Source of the DNA: an uncultured delta proteobacterium
GTDB taxonomy: Bacteria > Desulfobacterota > Syntrophia > Syntrophales > UBA5619
Length of the DNA: 64,000 nucleotides
Reading direction: 5' to 3'
Assembly (NCBI GenBank): GCA_963817385.1
Contig: CAWFOM010000001.1
Coordinates: forward strand, 32,001-96,000
Shown here in pieces: positions 9,904 through 20,252 of the stretch. The translations under genes and the position numbers were made by a program. Each line of letters begins with the position of its first letter. Within the stretch, counting starts at the first letter, position 1. The notes beneath the pieces were generated by a model, which saw nothing but the letters and a program-made list of their open reading frames with translations, was not told the origin of the DNA and ran no database searches.

Positions 9904-11298
9904 TCAATCCTTCCCCCACTTCTTCAGATAGCTTCCGAAGAGCGCGTCGTCCGGCGGCTGGTAATTCGCAACGGGCGTCGCCACGCGGGTGTACATGAGA
10001 AACTGCCGCCAGTTGATGTTCTCGCAGCTGATGTTGCCGGCCCAGGTCCCGCAGCCCAGCGTATCCGTGAAGCCCAGATGGCTCGTCCAGCCGCCGCTGT
10101 TCGCCTCCGTATGCCCCATGTTGCAGACAACGCGGCTCACGTTCGCGCGAAGCCCGATCTTATCGATCCGCTCATCGATCGTCGTCTGGATATTCACCGA
10201 GTGGCCTTCGCCGGAAAACTTCAGGATCTTCTCCATCCGGTCCAGCATCTCATCGAAGTCCGTCCACTTCCAGACGGTCAGGACCGGGGAGAGCTTCTCC
10301 CCGGAGAAGCGGTCCTCCCGGCCGATCTTCTCGCCCATCACCATCAGGATCTTCGTCTCCGCGGGCACCTTCAATCCCGCCAGATCGGCGATAAACGGCG
10401 CCGACTTCGCCACGACGTCGCGGTTCAGCGTATGGCCGTCGGGCCACATCGTCTTGCGCAGGATCTCGCGCTCCTCCGTGGAGCACAGGTACCCGCCCTC
10501 CGCTTTCAGGGCCGCGATCATCTTGTCGAAGATGGCCTCCTCGATGGCGATCGCGTTCTCCGAGGAACAGGAGGCCGCATTGTTGGCCGTCTTCGACTTC
10601 CTGAGCCGCATGGCCACGCCGGGGAGATCGGCCTCGACGCTCGAATCCACGATGGAGATGACGTTCCCCGCGCCCACGGTCTGCGCGGGGACCCCGGCCG
10701 CGTAGACGACCTTCACCAGGGCCGCGCCGCCCGTCGCCACCGCGTAGTCGCAGTTGGCCATGAGTTCCTGGGTCTTCTCATTGCTCGTGTGCCGGATGCA
10801 CTGGGCGAGATCGACCGGGGCGCCGACCTTTGCCAGGGCCTTCCGGATATGCTCCACCGTCGTGTAGGTGGCCAGCTCCGTCCGGGGATGGGGTGAACAG
10901 ATGATCGCATTTCGCGTCTTAAGCGTGGAAAGCGCGATACAGCAGACCGTGGATTCCGGGTTTGTGCAGGGAACGACGTTGGCGATCACCCCGATGGGCT
11001 TCGCGTACTTCCGGATCCCCTTGGCCTTGTCCTCTTCCACCAGGCCGCAGGTCTTCACCCCGATCTGGTCGTAGAGCGTTCCGCGAACCTTCGTCCCGAT
11101 CTTGTGGACCTTGTCCTCATAGACGCCGATCCCTGAGCCCTCCACCGCCAGACGGGCAAGCTCCTTGGCGGTCTCCTCCTTCTGAAGCTCCCAGCCTACG
11201 GCCAGAACCATCTCGTCGACCTTCTCCTGCGGCCAGAATTCCACGACCTTGAATGCCGCCCGCGCCTTCTCGTACATCTCCTTGATGTTGTCTTCCAT
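9904..11298 (-). CDS. CoA-acylating aldehyde dehydrogenase (SauS/AdhE N-domain-like)
   Basis: PCTNPE, ATGG, GAGN, ASCSSEN, EKLSPVL, TLGCGTW. Confidence 0.85.
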   Translation of the reverse strand: MEDNIKEMYEKARAAFKVVEFWPQEKVDEMVLAVGWELQKEETAKELARLAVEGSGIGVYEDKVHKIGTKVRGTLYDQIGVKTCGLVEEDKAKGIRKYAKPIGVIANVVPCTNPESTVCCIALSTLKTRNAIICSPHPRTELATYTTVEHIRKALAKVGAPVDLAQCIRHTSNEKTQELMANCDYAVATGGAALVKVVYAAGVPAQTVGAGNVISIVDSSVEADLPGVAMRLRKSKTANNAASCSSENAIAIEEAIFDKMIAALKAEGGYLCSTEEREILRKTMWPDGHTLNRDVVAKSAPFIADLAGLKVPAETKILMVMGEKIGREDRFSGEKLSPVLTVWKWTDFDEMLDRMEKILKFSGEGHSVNIQTTIDERIDKIGLRANVSRVVCNMGHTEANSGGWTSHLGFTDTLGCGTWAGNISCENINWRQFLMYTRVATPVANYQPPDDALFGSYLKKWGKD

Positions 11299-11313
11299 GG
11301 ATTCCTTCCTCTT

Positions 11314-11937
11314 CTATGAATGTTTCATCACGATGCTGGAAATGATGTTGGCCGCCTCGTCTCCGCGGTCTGCGGCGTTACTGAGATGGCGATAGATCTC
11401 CCGCATCTTGAGCATGAATACCGGATCATCCCCCCGAAACAGGTGGGACAGGGCGAGGCGGTACGCCCCCTCCATCGTATTCTCGTAGGCCTTTGCCTTG
11501 ACCGCGTGGACGGCGGCCACCTTCGGCTGTTCCTCGAGATGCTTGATGGCCAGGTTGATCTCTCGTCCGGCGCTGATCAGGATGTTCACCATCTCCTTGA
11601 CATGGCCGTCAGCGGGGACTTCATAGATTTCCATCTCCAGTACGGTGGAGTTAGCGTAGTCCATGACATCGTCAATGATCCGGGAGAGGTTGAAGATATC
11701 CTCCCTGTCCAGCGGCGTGACGAAGGTCTTGTCCAGCTCCTGGATCAGGATCAGCCGGAGATCATCCGCGTCGGTCTCGCACTTCTTCACCTGCTTTGCC
11801 GTCTCGGAACTGCGGTTATCCATGTAGCTTGCCAGGGCCTCGAGACCCTCCAGGGTCTTTTGGGACTGCTGGTACAGGAGGTCGTAAAAGATGTCCTTGT
11901 GTTTCGCAAATAGCCCTTTCCGTATGTTGAATACCAC
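11314..11937 (-). CDS. DUF47 / PhoU-like phosphate transport regulator
   Basis: ETDADDLR..FVTPLDREDI..DDVMD; adjacent to PiT. Confidence 0.88.
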   Translation of the reverse strand: MVFNIRKGLFAKHKDIFYDLLYQQSQKTLEGLEALASYMDNRSSETAKQVKKCETDADDLRLILIQELDKTFVTPLDREDIFNLSRIIDDVMDYANSTVLEMEIYEVPADGHVKEMVNILISAGREINLAIKHLEEQPKVAAVHAVKAKAYENTMEGAYRLALSHLFRGDDPVFMLKMREIYRHLSNAADRGDEAANIISSIVMKHS

Positions 11938-11959
11938 TTCAGCGCTCCTTTCTCCGCTT

Positions 11960-12970
11960 TTAAAAGCTCGGATGCATTGCCTTGATCGCGTAAAACACCA
12001 CCCCGGCGACGACCGCCGAAGCCGGGATGGTGATGAACCATGCGGTCACGATGTCCTTCGCCACGGTCCAGCGCACTGCGGAGAGACGCTGCCCCGCTCC
12101 GACACCGATGATGCTCGACGAGACGACATGCGTCGTGGATACCGGCCCTCCGAACATGGCCGCCGTGAGGATGACGGAGGCGGAGGCCGTCTGCGCGCAG
12201 AATGCGTGGACCGACCGAAGCCGGCAGATCTGCGAGCCCATCGTCCGGATGATCCGCCATCCCCCGGTGGCGCATCCGGCCGCGATCGCGCCGGCGCAGC
12301 TGGCGATCACCCAAAAGGGAATTTCGAACGCAGGGAAAATCCCCAAAATGACCAGGCTCATGACGATGACCCCCATCGACTTCTGGGCATCGTTGGCCCC
12401 GTGGCTCAGGGCGAGACAGATAGAGGAGACGATCTGCATCCGGTTGAAAAAGGCATTCGCACGGGGCGTCACGCGCTGCTTTTCTGCAATGGAACGGGTG
12501 ATCTTCAAAAACAGCCAGCCGAAAAACATGCCGATCAGCGGGGAAAGGATCAAAGACGCGAATACAAACGTCACCCCCTTCCAGATGATCTTGTCCGGGC
12601 CATAGGCGATGAGCACCGGACCGATCAACCCCCCGATCAGGGCATGGGAGGAACTCGAGGGGAGGCCGAACCACCAGGTGATCAGGTTCCAGGCAATGGC
12701 GCCGATCAGCGCCGCGATGATCAGACCGACGGAGAGGGCCACGGCGTTCGGGTCGAAGGCCGACGTGTCGATGATGTTCCTGCCGATCGTCTTGGCTACG
12801 GCCGTCCCGAAGAGAAAAGGCCCGATGAATTCGCAGATCGCGGCAATGGTCAAGGCCATCGCCGGCGACATGGCGCCCGTAACAATGATTGTCGCCACGA
12901 CATTCGCCGCATCATGGAAGCCATTGGAAAAATCGAAAAAGAGCGCCAGGGCAACCACCAAAACGGCCAT
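11960..12970 (-). CDS. pit: Inorganic phosphate transporter, PiT family
   Basis: NGFHDAAN, PSSSSHAL, HGANDAQK, PVSTTH; start approximate. Confidence 0.9.
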   Translation of the reverse strand: MAVLVVALALFFDFSNGFHDAANVVATIIVTGAMSPAMALTIAAICEFIGPFLFGTAVAKTIGRNIIDTSAFDPNAVALSVGLIIAALIGAIAWNLITWWFGLPSSSSHALIGGLIGPVLIAYGPDKIIWKGVTFVFASLILSPLIGMFFGWLFLKITRSIAEKQRVTPRANAFFNRMQIVSSICLALSHGANDAQKSMGVIVMSLVILGIFPAFEIPFWVIASCAGAIAAGCATGGWRIIRTMGSQICRLRSVHAFCAQTASASVILTAAMFGGPVSTTHVVSSSIIGVGAGQRLSAVRWTVAKDIVTAWFITIPASAVVAGVVFYAIKAMHPSF

Positions 12971-13090
12971 GATCAGAACTGAAACTTCCAAGTGCACCTT
13001 CCTCGCACGTCTCACGACGCCTGTGAGATGCGTCGTTGCCGACTAAACCTCAACTCCGCAAAAAAGCAACCTGCCCTGAGGCCGTTTAAT

Positions 13091-13152
13091 ATGAAAATGC
13101 CCCCATCCCTCCCTCCCCCGTCGAGGGGAGGGAGGGATGGGGGTGATTTTCA
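13091..13152. repeat. REP-like GC-rich palindrome
   Basis: ATGAAAAT-GCCCCCATCCCTCCCTCCCC-CGTCGA-GGGGAGGGAGGGATGGGGGT-GATTTTCAT long inverted repeat. Confidence 0.7.
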
Positions 13153-13228
13153 TCCTTCGTTGTGCCCGACCCGGGCATGGGGGTTAGTCAGCCCGGGGAG
13201 ATCGCTCGGTCAGAGTCCGTTCGATCCG

Positions 13229-14224
13229 TCAGATCTTTCGGCGGGGGTCGTCGATCTCCTCCACGATCGCCCAGCCGGAACCCTGGATCTTCTGCCTCTC
13301 GATAAACGTCTCCTTCCACTCCTGGGGCGTCTGGGCCTCCATCGCTTTGGCAACCTTCTTCCTCTCCTCCAGCGTTGGCACCGGCCGGTCTTCCGGACCG
13401 ACATACCACTCTTTCGGGGTCAGGGTCTGCCCGAGCCGGACCGGCTCCTCGCACTCGACCTCCTCGCAGTAATGGGCGCCCGCGGCAAAGGCGCGGGTCA
13501 CGGCGAGAATGCTCCAGGCGGCCTCGGGCGTGAATCCGAGATCGAACATGGCGGCGCCGGTGGCGCCCAGAAGGTCGATGTCGACCGGCTCCTTGCTGAG
13601 CTTCCGGGCAGCCTTCACGATCTCCTTGATCAGCGATATGTATTTGCCCGCGACACCGAGCTTCTCGGCCCGGGCGATCATCCGCTTCGCGGTCGGGTCC
13701 TTCAGCATCAGGCCGGATACACCCAGCGCCGGATCGTTCAGCCTCTCCTTGACCACCGCCTCGACCACCTCGGCAAGCGGCTTTCCTTCTTTCGCCTGCC
13801 GGGCGAGGATGCCGTCCAGCATCCTCCCGAATGTTTGATAAGCGCCATAGGCATGGCCGAAGGCGAGGATCGAGGAACCGGCGGCCTGGGTCAGAATGGT
13901 CTTGCCGCCGGCGACGATCCGCGCGATGTTCGCCGGGGAGGAGAGACCGTCTTCCAGCATCACCACCATGACGTAGTTGAGCATCTTCTCCTCTTCGATC
14001 AGGGGAATCCGGGCCTGAAAGTCGACGAAGAGAACATCCGTCAAGCCGTATCCCGCCTCCACCAGTTCGGTCGTATCGTAACCCCTGGCAACAATGCGAT
14101 GGACGTTCTTATAGGCAACCTCGGACACCCACTGGAACCGGTCGCGCTTCGTATCCATCGGGACCGTGCCGCGTTCCCTGGTCCGGTAGTTAAAATTGAG
14201 TCTCGGATCGTCTAAATTGTCCAT
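13229..14224 (-). CDS. Citrate synthase-fold protein (citryl-CoA lyase-like), paralog 2
   Basis: ARGYD, EDGLSSP, AFGHAYGA, GVSG..KDP, DIDLLGA; start at MDNLDDP overlaps the upstream gene. Confidence 0.7.
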   Translation of the reverse strand: MDNLDDPRLNFNYRTRERGTVPMDTKRDRFQWVSEVAYKNVHRIVARGYDTTELVEAGYGLTDVLFVDFQARIPLIEEEKMLNYVMVVMLEDGLSSPANIARIVAGGKTILTQAAGSSILAFGHAYGAYQTFGRMLDGILARQAKEGKPLAEVVEAVVKERLNDPALGVSGLMLKDPTAKRMIARAEKLGVAGKYISLIKEIVKAARKLSKEPVDIDLLGATGAAMFDLGFTPEAAWSILAVTRAFAAGAHYCEEVECEEPVRLGQTLTPKEWYVGPEDRPVPTLEERKKVAKAMEAQTPQEWKETFIERQKIQGSGWAIVEEIDDPRRKI

Positions 14225-15105
14225 TTCTTGTATTCTCCTTCCTCTTTCTGTTTCCTCGCGTACTCCTGTCGCTCCGCCTGGCTGGGAACCTCCCGGTCGG
14301 CGGGACCCGCATATTTGATCATGGAGAGATCCAGCATCTGAACCATCGGCTCCCGCTTCGAGGCCGCCCAGGCGCGCCCCTTCTTCATCGTGTAGGTGGC
14401 ATGGGCCGCGCAGGAAAAGCCGCGGCAGACGCAGCCGATGCACCAGGCGGCGTTGGGGGAGAATCCCAGCTCCGCAAGCGCCGTGTTGCCCGCGCCGATC
14501 ATGTTCACCGCGACAAACGCCTTCCCCTCCCGCTTCCTCCGCGCGTTGAAGTGTTTCTCGATGGAACGCTGCAGGGCAAGATAGACCCCGCTGCAGAGCT
14601 GTTCGTGCTTGATGTGCGTCGGCTCCGCGCGAGGATCGCCGTCCAGATGCTGGGGCTGTCCCATCCCCATGACCGCCAGGCCCGCATCCATGTACTCGTC
14701 GACGAGGATCTTGCCCATCTCTTCGAGGCTCTTCCCTTCGACGCGGGCCCGCTCAATGTACTTGTGCATCATGTAGCCGTGCGCCGCTCCGGGGCCGTGC
14801 GCCGATCCGAAGGTCATGACGGCCGCCGCGACGGCCGCCGGAAGATTGGGCCTGCCGCCAATGACGGCAATGGCCGAGGCCGCCGACGGCGACATGGAAT
14901 GCTCCAGGAATTCCCCCGTTTCATACCGCAGCATGTCCGCTTCATTCTCCGCCGGGATGCGGTTCTGAAAGATGATGAACAGCATGTCATAGAACGTATA
15001 GCCCGCTTCCGCCAGATCGCTCACGTTGTAGCCCCTCACGACGGTCTTTTCCTCCGTCTTGTACGATATGGCCGTCTTTCGCTTAATCAACGGTTGTCTA
15101 TCCAT
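14212..15105 (-). CDS. Citrate synthase-fold protein (citryl-CoA lyase-like), paralog 1
   Basis: VRGYN, EHSMSPS, FGSAHGPG, GMGQP..DPR, VNMIGA. Confidence 0.75.
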   Translation of the reverse strand: MDRQPLIKRKTAISYKTEEKTVVRGYNVSDLAEAGYTFYDMLFIIFQNRIPAENEADMLRYETGEFLEHSMSPSAASAIAVIGGRPNLPAAVAAAVMTFGSAHGPGAAHGYMMHKYIERARVEGKSLEEMGKILVDEYMDAGLAVMGMGQPQHLDGDPRAEPTHIKHEQLCSGVYLALQRSIEKHFNARRKREGKAFVAVNMIGAGNTALAELGFSPNAAWCIGCVCRGFSCAAHATYTMKKGRAWAASKREPMVQMLDLSMIKYAGPADREVPSQAERQEYARKQKEEGEYKKWTI

Positions 15106-15256
15106 TCAAATTCCCTCCCAGTAGTGTTGACGTTCGATTAGTATAAGAAGTTGAGTGCAAAATAGAAAAAGTCCAACTATTAGTCAAACTAATAATTTTT
15201 ATATTGCGGATAACAAAATATTATGCCTCGGGTGTTTTGGAATGCCGGATGCCCCA

Positions 15257-16129
15257 TTACCGGCTCAGGCCGATAGCGACCACGCCGGCGGTTATCAGCA
15301 CGGCGCCGATCATTTTCTGCCGTCCCTGTTTCTCCTTGAGCAAAACGACGCCGCAGTAGGCCGACAGGACGATGCTGACCTCGCGGACCGCAGCCACGTA
15401 ACTGACCTTGCTCATCGTAAGGGCGAAGAGGATCATCAGATAGGTGAAGCCGCTGAGAAACCCGACGGCAACGATGGATCCTTTGCGGCACTGCCATTCG
15501 GACTTCAGCCAATGGCGCTCCCGGATCAGGACCCAGGGGGTGATCACCAGCCAGGTGATCAGGAGCATGAGGTAGATATAGACAGGCGGATAGACCAGTC
15601 CGACGCCGACCTTGTCGACGAGCGAATAGCAGGCGATGCTGAGCCCCGTGAACAGCGCCCAGAGAGAGGCCCCGCCGCGGAGCGCCCGGAAGGGCTCCAG
15701 AACGGCTAAACGGCTGAAGGAGCGCAGGTGGATGCAGTAGATCCCGACGATGATCAGGGAGATCCCCAGCATCCCCAGGGGAAAGATCTCCTCCTTCAGG
15801 AGGATCACGGCCAGGACCGGAATGAAGAGTGGGCCTGCCCCCCTGGCCAGCGGATAGACCAGGGAAAGATCCCCCCGCTGATAGGCGCCCCCAATGCACC
15901 AGAAATAGACACCATGGATGAGGCCGGTGGCGACGATGCAGTACCATCCTTCCAGCGGGATGGTGAATTTCGGAAGGTAGTACAGGAACATAGGGATATA
16001 GAGGATTGCCGATATCAGGAGAAACCACCAGATGAAAACAATCTTCCGCTCGCTTTTCTTGAGCAGGTAGTTCCAGCCTGCATGGAGGAAGGCGGAGGCC
16101 AGAACGATGCCGAGGGCGACGCCGCTCAT
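15257..16129 (-). CDS. EamA/DMT family transporter
   Basis: HAGWN, GDLSLVYPLARG, YSLVDK, VREVSI; multiple TM segments. Confidence 0.88.
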   Translation of the reverse strand: MSGVALGIVLASAFLHAGWNYLLKKSERKIVFIWWFLLISAILYIPMFLYYLPKFTIPLEGWYCIVATGLIHGVYFWCIGGAYQRGDLSLVYPLARGAGPLFIPVLAVILLKEEIFPLGMLGISLIIVGIYCIHLRSFSRLAVLEPFRALRGGASLWALFTGLSIACYSLVDKVGVGLVYPPVYIYLMLLITWLVITPWVLIRERHWLKSEWQCRKGSIVAVGFLSGFTYLMILFALTMSKVSYVAAVREVSIVLSAYCGVVLLKEKQGRQKMIGAVLITAGVVAIGLSR

Positions 16130-16165
16130 CGGTCCGCCACCGTTTCTTCCCACCTTTCCAAAAGG

Positions 16166-16609
16166 TTACAGGACATCTTCGAGTATCTCTGCCGCCGCCC
16201 GGACAAACCGGGGACAGTGTTCGGTAAACAATCCCTTCTCCCGGGCCTTCTGGATCCCTTCCGCCGTCGTGAGGTCGCAGCCCAGGAGTTCCCGGCAGAG
16301 GAGAGAACCGTTGTGCGACCGGAAACGGTCGGCGAAGTCGCGGGCACGGGCATAGGTCTTCTCTTTCGTCTCTTTGTCCCTCGCATCCGTATGCCCGTGC
16401 TTCAACCCGATGACGATCAGCGCGCCCGTGACGGCTCCGCACACCTCTCCAAGACCTCCCATCCCCCCTCCGAATGCGGCCGCCGCCTTCAGGGCGACTT
16501 CCCTCTCCAGGCCGAATTCGCCGCCATACGTAGAAAGAATCGCCTGCGAACAGTTGAAACCCTCACGGAAACAACCGACTGCCGCTTCAACCTTACCGAT
16601 CATAATCAT
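16166..16609 (-). CDS. C-GCAxxG-C-C family putative redox-active protein
   Basis: FNCSQA, CGAVTG, CRELLG, HC. Confidence 0.88.
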   Translation of the reverse strand: MIMIGKVEAAVGCFREGFNCSQAILSTYGGEFGLEREVALKAAAAFGGGMGGLGEVCGAVTGALIVIGLKHGHTDARDKETKEKTYARARDFADRFRSHNGSLLCRELLGCDLTTAEGIQKAREKGLFTEHCPRFVRAAAEILEDVL

Positions 16610-16918
16610 CCCGTCTCCAATCGAGTCACCACAGTAATTTCCCCATGCCTTTCTCTCATGAAACCAGGGGGACTACGCTCAATCGCGCAGCATATAGTAC
16701 GGATAGCTTGCCGCCGTCAAATGCTAAATGGCCGGAACATCTCCCCGCCGGCGAGGTTCACCGGCGGTGAAGCCGCTCGAAGAGGCCCCACGGCCGTACC
16801 AACCGATCTGCCGGGAAACATGAAGTCGTTTGTCGGCTTCGGCAGGAGCAAACGGTTGACATTGCCGGGGCCATCCATTATAGTAACCGCGAATCGTCAG
16901 GGACCGAGAATTGATGCC

Positions 16919-17887
16919 ATGCAGATACAGGATGTCTTTCACTACTTCGGAAATGATCTGAAGCGGGTCGAGGAGCACATGGAGACCTATCTCCGCTCGG
17001 AAATGCGTCTCGTCCCGGAAATCATCCACCACCTGATCGGCAGCGGCGGCAAACGGTTCAGGCCCCTTCTGCTTCTGGCCACCTCCGAACTCTGCGGCTA
17101 CCGGGGGGAGCGCCGCTATCCCCTGTCGGCCATGATCGAATTCATCCACACCGCAAGCCTCCTCCACGACGATGTGATCGACCATGCGGAAACCCGGCGC
17201 GGAAAAGCCTCTGCAAACCGCGTGTGGGGGAACGCCGCAAGTGTTCTCGTCGGAGACTTTCTCTACTCCAAATCGTTCCGGCTGATGACCGACGACGGGA
17301 ACTGGGCCATCATCAAGCTCATTTCCACCACCACCAACACGATGTCGGAGGGAGAGATCTTCCAGTTGATGAAAACCGGTGACATCAAGATCACCGAAAA
17401 GGAGTATCTGTCGATCGTCGAGAAGAAAACCTCCATTCTCATTTCGGCGGCCTGCGCCATCGGCGGCATCCTGGGAAACGCCGCGGACTCTCAGATCGAG
17501 GCGCTGACCCGTTTCGGGATGAGGCTGGGCACCGCTTTCCAGATTACGGACGACACCCTCGATTATGTGGCCCGCGAGGAAGAATTCGGCAAGGCGATCG
17601 GCCAGGACCTCAAAGAGGGGAAACTGACGCTGCCGCTCATCAGGACGATGAAGAAGTGCACCCCGGAGGAACGGTCGTTCATCCGCAAGGGAATCGAGGG
17701 AAAGGACGAGGCGTCCTTGGCCGAGATCATGACCCTCATCCATCGCTATGACGGCATCCCCTATGCCCTGGCCAAGGCCAAAACCTGTATCGATGAGGCC
17801 AAGGGATTCCTGACCTCCTTTACCGACTCGGAAGCCAAAACGGCCCTTCACACCATCGCCGATTACATCATCGAGAGGCGACTGTAA
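16919..17887 (+). CDS. ispB: Polyprenyl (octaprenyl) diphosphate synthase
   Basis: GGKRFRP, LHDDVID..RRG, FQITDD; true start MQIQDVF lies inside the 15728 ORF. Confidence 0.9.
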   Translation: MQIQDVFHYFGNDLKRVEEHMETYLRSEMRLVPEIIHHLIGSGGKRFRPLLLLATSELCGYRGERRYPLSAMIEFIHTASLLHDDVIDHAETRRGKASANRVWGNAASVLVGDFLYSKSFRLMTDDGNWAIIKLISTTTNTMSEGEIFQLMKTGDIKITEKEYLSIVEKKTSILISAACAIGGILGNAADSQIEALTRFGMRLGTAFQITDDTLDYVAREEEFGKAIGQDLKEGKLTLPLIRTMKKCTPEERSFIRKGIEGKDEASLAEIMTLIHRYDGIPYALAKAKTCIDEAKGFLTSFTDSEAKTALHTIADYIIERRL

Positions 17888-18019
17888 GCACCGCTCAGAG
17901 CACCGCCGGCGCGGGATCGACCGTAAGCGTCAGGATATTCCGCCCTCCCTCCCGCCGGTACCGGATCTCCCGGACCAGCCGTTTGACGAGAAATATCAAC
18001 AGGCCGCCGGAATGACTCC

Positions 18020-18170
18020 CCCTGCCCGGAGTCTTCTTCCTCGGAGTGGTGGAGGATTTCGTCTGTGAAACGCGCCAGATTCTCCTTGCACTGGGGGATA
18101 CGCTTCTGTTATACACGGACGGCCTCACCGAGGTGCTGAACAACGACAAGCGTTTCTCGAAAGAAAAAAG
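18020..18170 (+). pseudogene. Fragment of a PP2C/SpoIIE phosphatase domain
   Basis: ..FLGVVEDFVCETRQILLALGDTLLLYTDGLTE.. in frame upstream of dsbC. Confidence 0.6.
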
Positions 18171-18186
18171 AAATGGAGAACAGATC

Positions 18187-18906
18187 ATGAATATACCCCA
18201 AAAAGCGTTTCTCACCCTCTGCGTCCTGATGGTCATCATGACCGGCGCCCCTCTTCAGGCGGCCACGCCTGAGGAATCCTTCCGGAAGAGTTTCCCCGAC
18301 ATCCCGCTGGAGAGCGTTATCCCCACCGACATCCCCGGCCTCTATGAGGTCGTCGCCGGCGGCAGGATCGTCTATTACGCCCCGGGACCGGATTACGTGA
18401 TCATCGGGGAGATCTTAACCAAGGAGAAGAAAAACCTGACGCAAGCACGGAATACCGAGATCCAGGGAAAGAAGTTCAGGGACCTCCCTCTCGAAAAAGC
18501 ATTGAAGATCGGCAGCGGTTCTCACACGGTGATCGAAGTCACCGATCCGGACTGCCCGTTCTGCCGGAAGGCCTCCGACTATTTCGCGAAAAGAAACGAC
18601 GTGACGCGGTATGTCTTCTTATACCCGCTCCCGATGCATCCGAAAGCCGAGGCGAAGATCCGTTACATTTTCTGCGCGAAAGACCGGACCAAGGCGTATG
18701 AGGAGGCGATGACCGGAAAACTCGACGATATGAAATTCACATCCTGCGACGACGCCGCGGCGGCTGAATTGGTCAAGACCCACAAGGAGCTCGGCGACAA
18801 GATCGGGATCGCGGGCCTCGGCACACCCATGTTTGTAATCGACGGGCAGTTTGTCAGAGGCGCCAACATGCCCCAGATGGAAAAGATCCTCGGCGCCAAG
18901 AAGTGA
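18187..18906 (+). CDS. dsbC: DsbC family disulfide isomerase
   Basis: Signal peptide, PGLYEV, TDPDCPFC, GTP. Confidence 0.88.
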   Translation: MNIPQKAFLTLCVLMVIMTGAPLQAATPEESFRKSFPDIPLESVIPTDIPGLYEVVAGGRIVYYAPGPDYVIIGEILTKEKKNLTQARNTEIQGKKFRDLPLEKALKIGSGSHTVIEVTDPDCPFCRKASDYFAKRNDVTRYVFLYPLPMHPKAEAKIRYIFCAKDRTKAYEEAMTGKLDDMKFTSCDDAAAAELVKTHKELGDKIGIAGLGTPMFVIDGQFVRGANMPQMEKILGAKK

Positions 18907-18965
18907 GGAGACGGCACGGCACAGGGCGGTACGGGTACGTCAACGATGAAGGGAGATGAACAAAC

Positions 18966-20165
18966 GTGTTGAACGAGCGGTATCTTGAACGATACGCCGA
19001 CGTCCTCATCTGGGGACTCAAGACCGCCCGCCGGGAGCGGTTTCGAAAAAAGGACGTCATCCTTATCCATTACGACCGCGCCGCCCTCCGGCTCGCGGAG
19101 ATCCTCTACGATCACGTCGTCGCCGCGGGCATGAACCCCATCCAGCGGATGGGGTTTTCCGTCGCGATGGAGCGCTCCTTCTTTCGAAAGGCGAACGGAC
19201 AACAGCTGGTTTTTCAGGCCCCCGGGGAGAAGGAGCTCTGCGGGAGCATCAACGGCCGGATCTTCCTCCACGCCCCGGATTCTCTGACCCACCTGAAAGA
19301 TGTCGATCCCATCCGGATCGGCAAGGCGATCGTCGCCCGCAAACCGCTCCGCGACATCCTCGAAAAACGAGAGCAGGGGGGGGCCTACGGCTGGACCCTC
19401 TGCACCCTGCCGACGCCGGAACTCGCGGCACAGGCCCGCACGACGCCGGAGCTCTACACCGAGCAGATCATCCGGGCCTGCTATCTCGATCGGAGAGATC
19501 CGGTCGGCGAATGGGAAACGATCCGCCGAAACGCGACCGCCATCAAAGAGTGGCTGAGCGGCCTGAAGGCGGCCTTCTTCCATATCGAATCCGAACGGTG
19601 CGATCTGAGGATCACGCCGGGGGCCGAGCGAAAATGGGCCGGGGTCTCCGGGCACAACATCCCGAGCTTCGAGCTCTTCATCTCCCCGGACTGGCGCGGC
19701 ACCGAGGGGACCTATACCGCGAATCTCCCCTCGTACCGAAGCGGCAATTACGTCGAGGGGGTGCGTCTGACTTTTGTCAAGGGGGCCGCCGTCAAAATCA
19801 GGGCGGAGAAAGGCGAGGCGTTCACCGCGAAGCAGCTCCGGATGGATCGGGGAGCGGCGCGCATCGGCGAATTCTCGCTGACGGACCGGCGCTTCTCAAG
19901 GATCGACCGGTTCATGGCCGACACGCTCTTCGACGAGAACTTCGGCGGGAAGTTCGGGAACTGCCACATCGCCCTCGGGTCATCGTACGCCGACACCTAC
20001 GCCGGCGATCCCGCCGCCCTGACCAAGGAGCTCAAGCGGAAGCTGGGCTTCAACGACTCCGCCCTCCACTGGGACCTGGTGAACACGGAGGATAAAACGG
20101 TCACGGCCCACCTCACGACGGGGGAGCGGATCGTGATTTACGAAAACGGCCGCTTCCGGTACTGA
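18966..20165 (+). CDS. Aminopeptidase, M29 (AmpS/AmpT) family
   Basis: NIPSFELF, GEFSL, LFDEN, HIALG, SALHWD. Confidence 0.88.
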   Translation: MLNERYLERYADVLIWGLKTARRERFRKKDVILIHYDRAALRLAEILYDHVVAAGMNPIQRMGFSVAMERSFFRKANGQQLVFQAPGEKELCGSINGRIFLHAPDSLTHLKDVDPIRIGKAIVARKPLRDILEKREQGGAYGWTLCTLPTPELAAQARTTPELYTEQIIRACYLDRRDPVGEWETIRRNATAIKEWLSGLKAAFFHIESERCDLRITPGAERKWAGVSGHNIPSFELFISPDWRGTEGTYTANLPSYRSGNYVEGVRLTFVKGAAVKIRAEKGEAFTAKQLRMDRGAARIGEFSLTDRRFSRIDRFMADTLFDENFGGKFGNCHIALGSSYADTYAGDPAALTKELKRKLGFNDSALHWDLVNTEDKTVTAHLTTGERIVIYENGRFRY

Positions 20166-20252
20166 TGACCCGTGATACCGCCGAGGAACATATCGCGGGA
20201 CACGGGTAAAACGCTTATCAATTCACCATCATCCAGGAGGTTTCCGAATACC

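Noticed and set aside
15728..16918. N-terminal extension of the 719-aa ORF upstream of ispB
   Set aside because: Antisense read-through of the EamA and C-GCAxxG-C-C genes; the real start is 16919.
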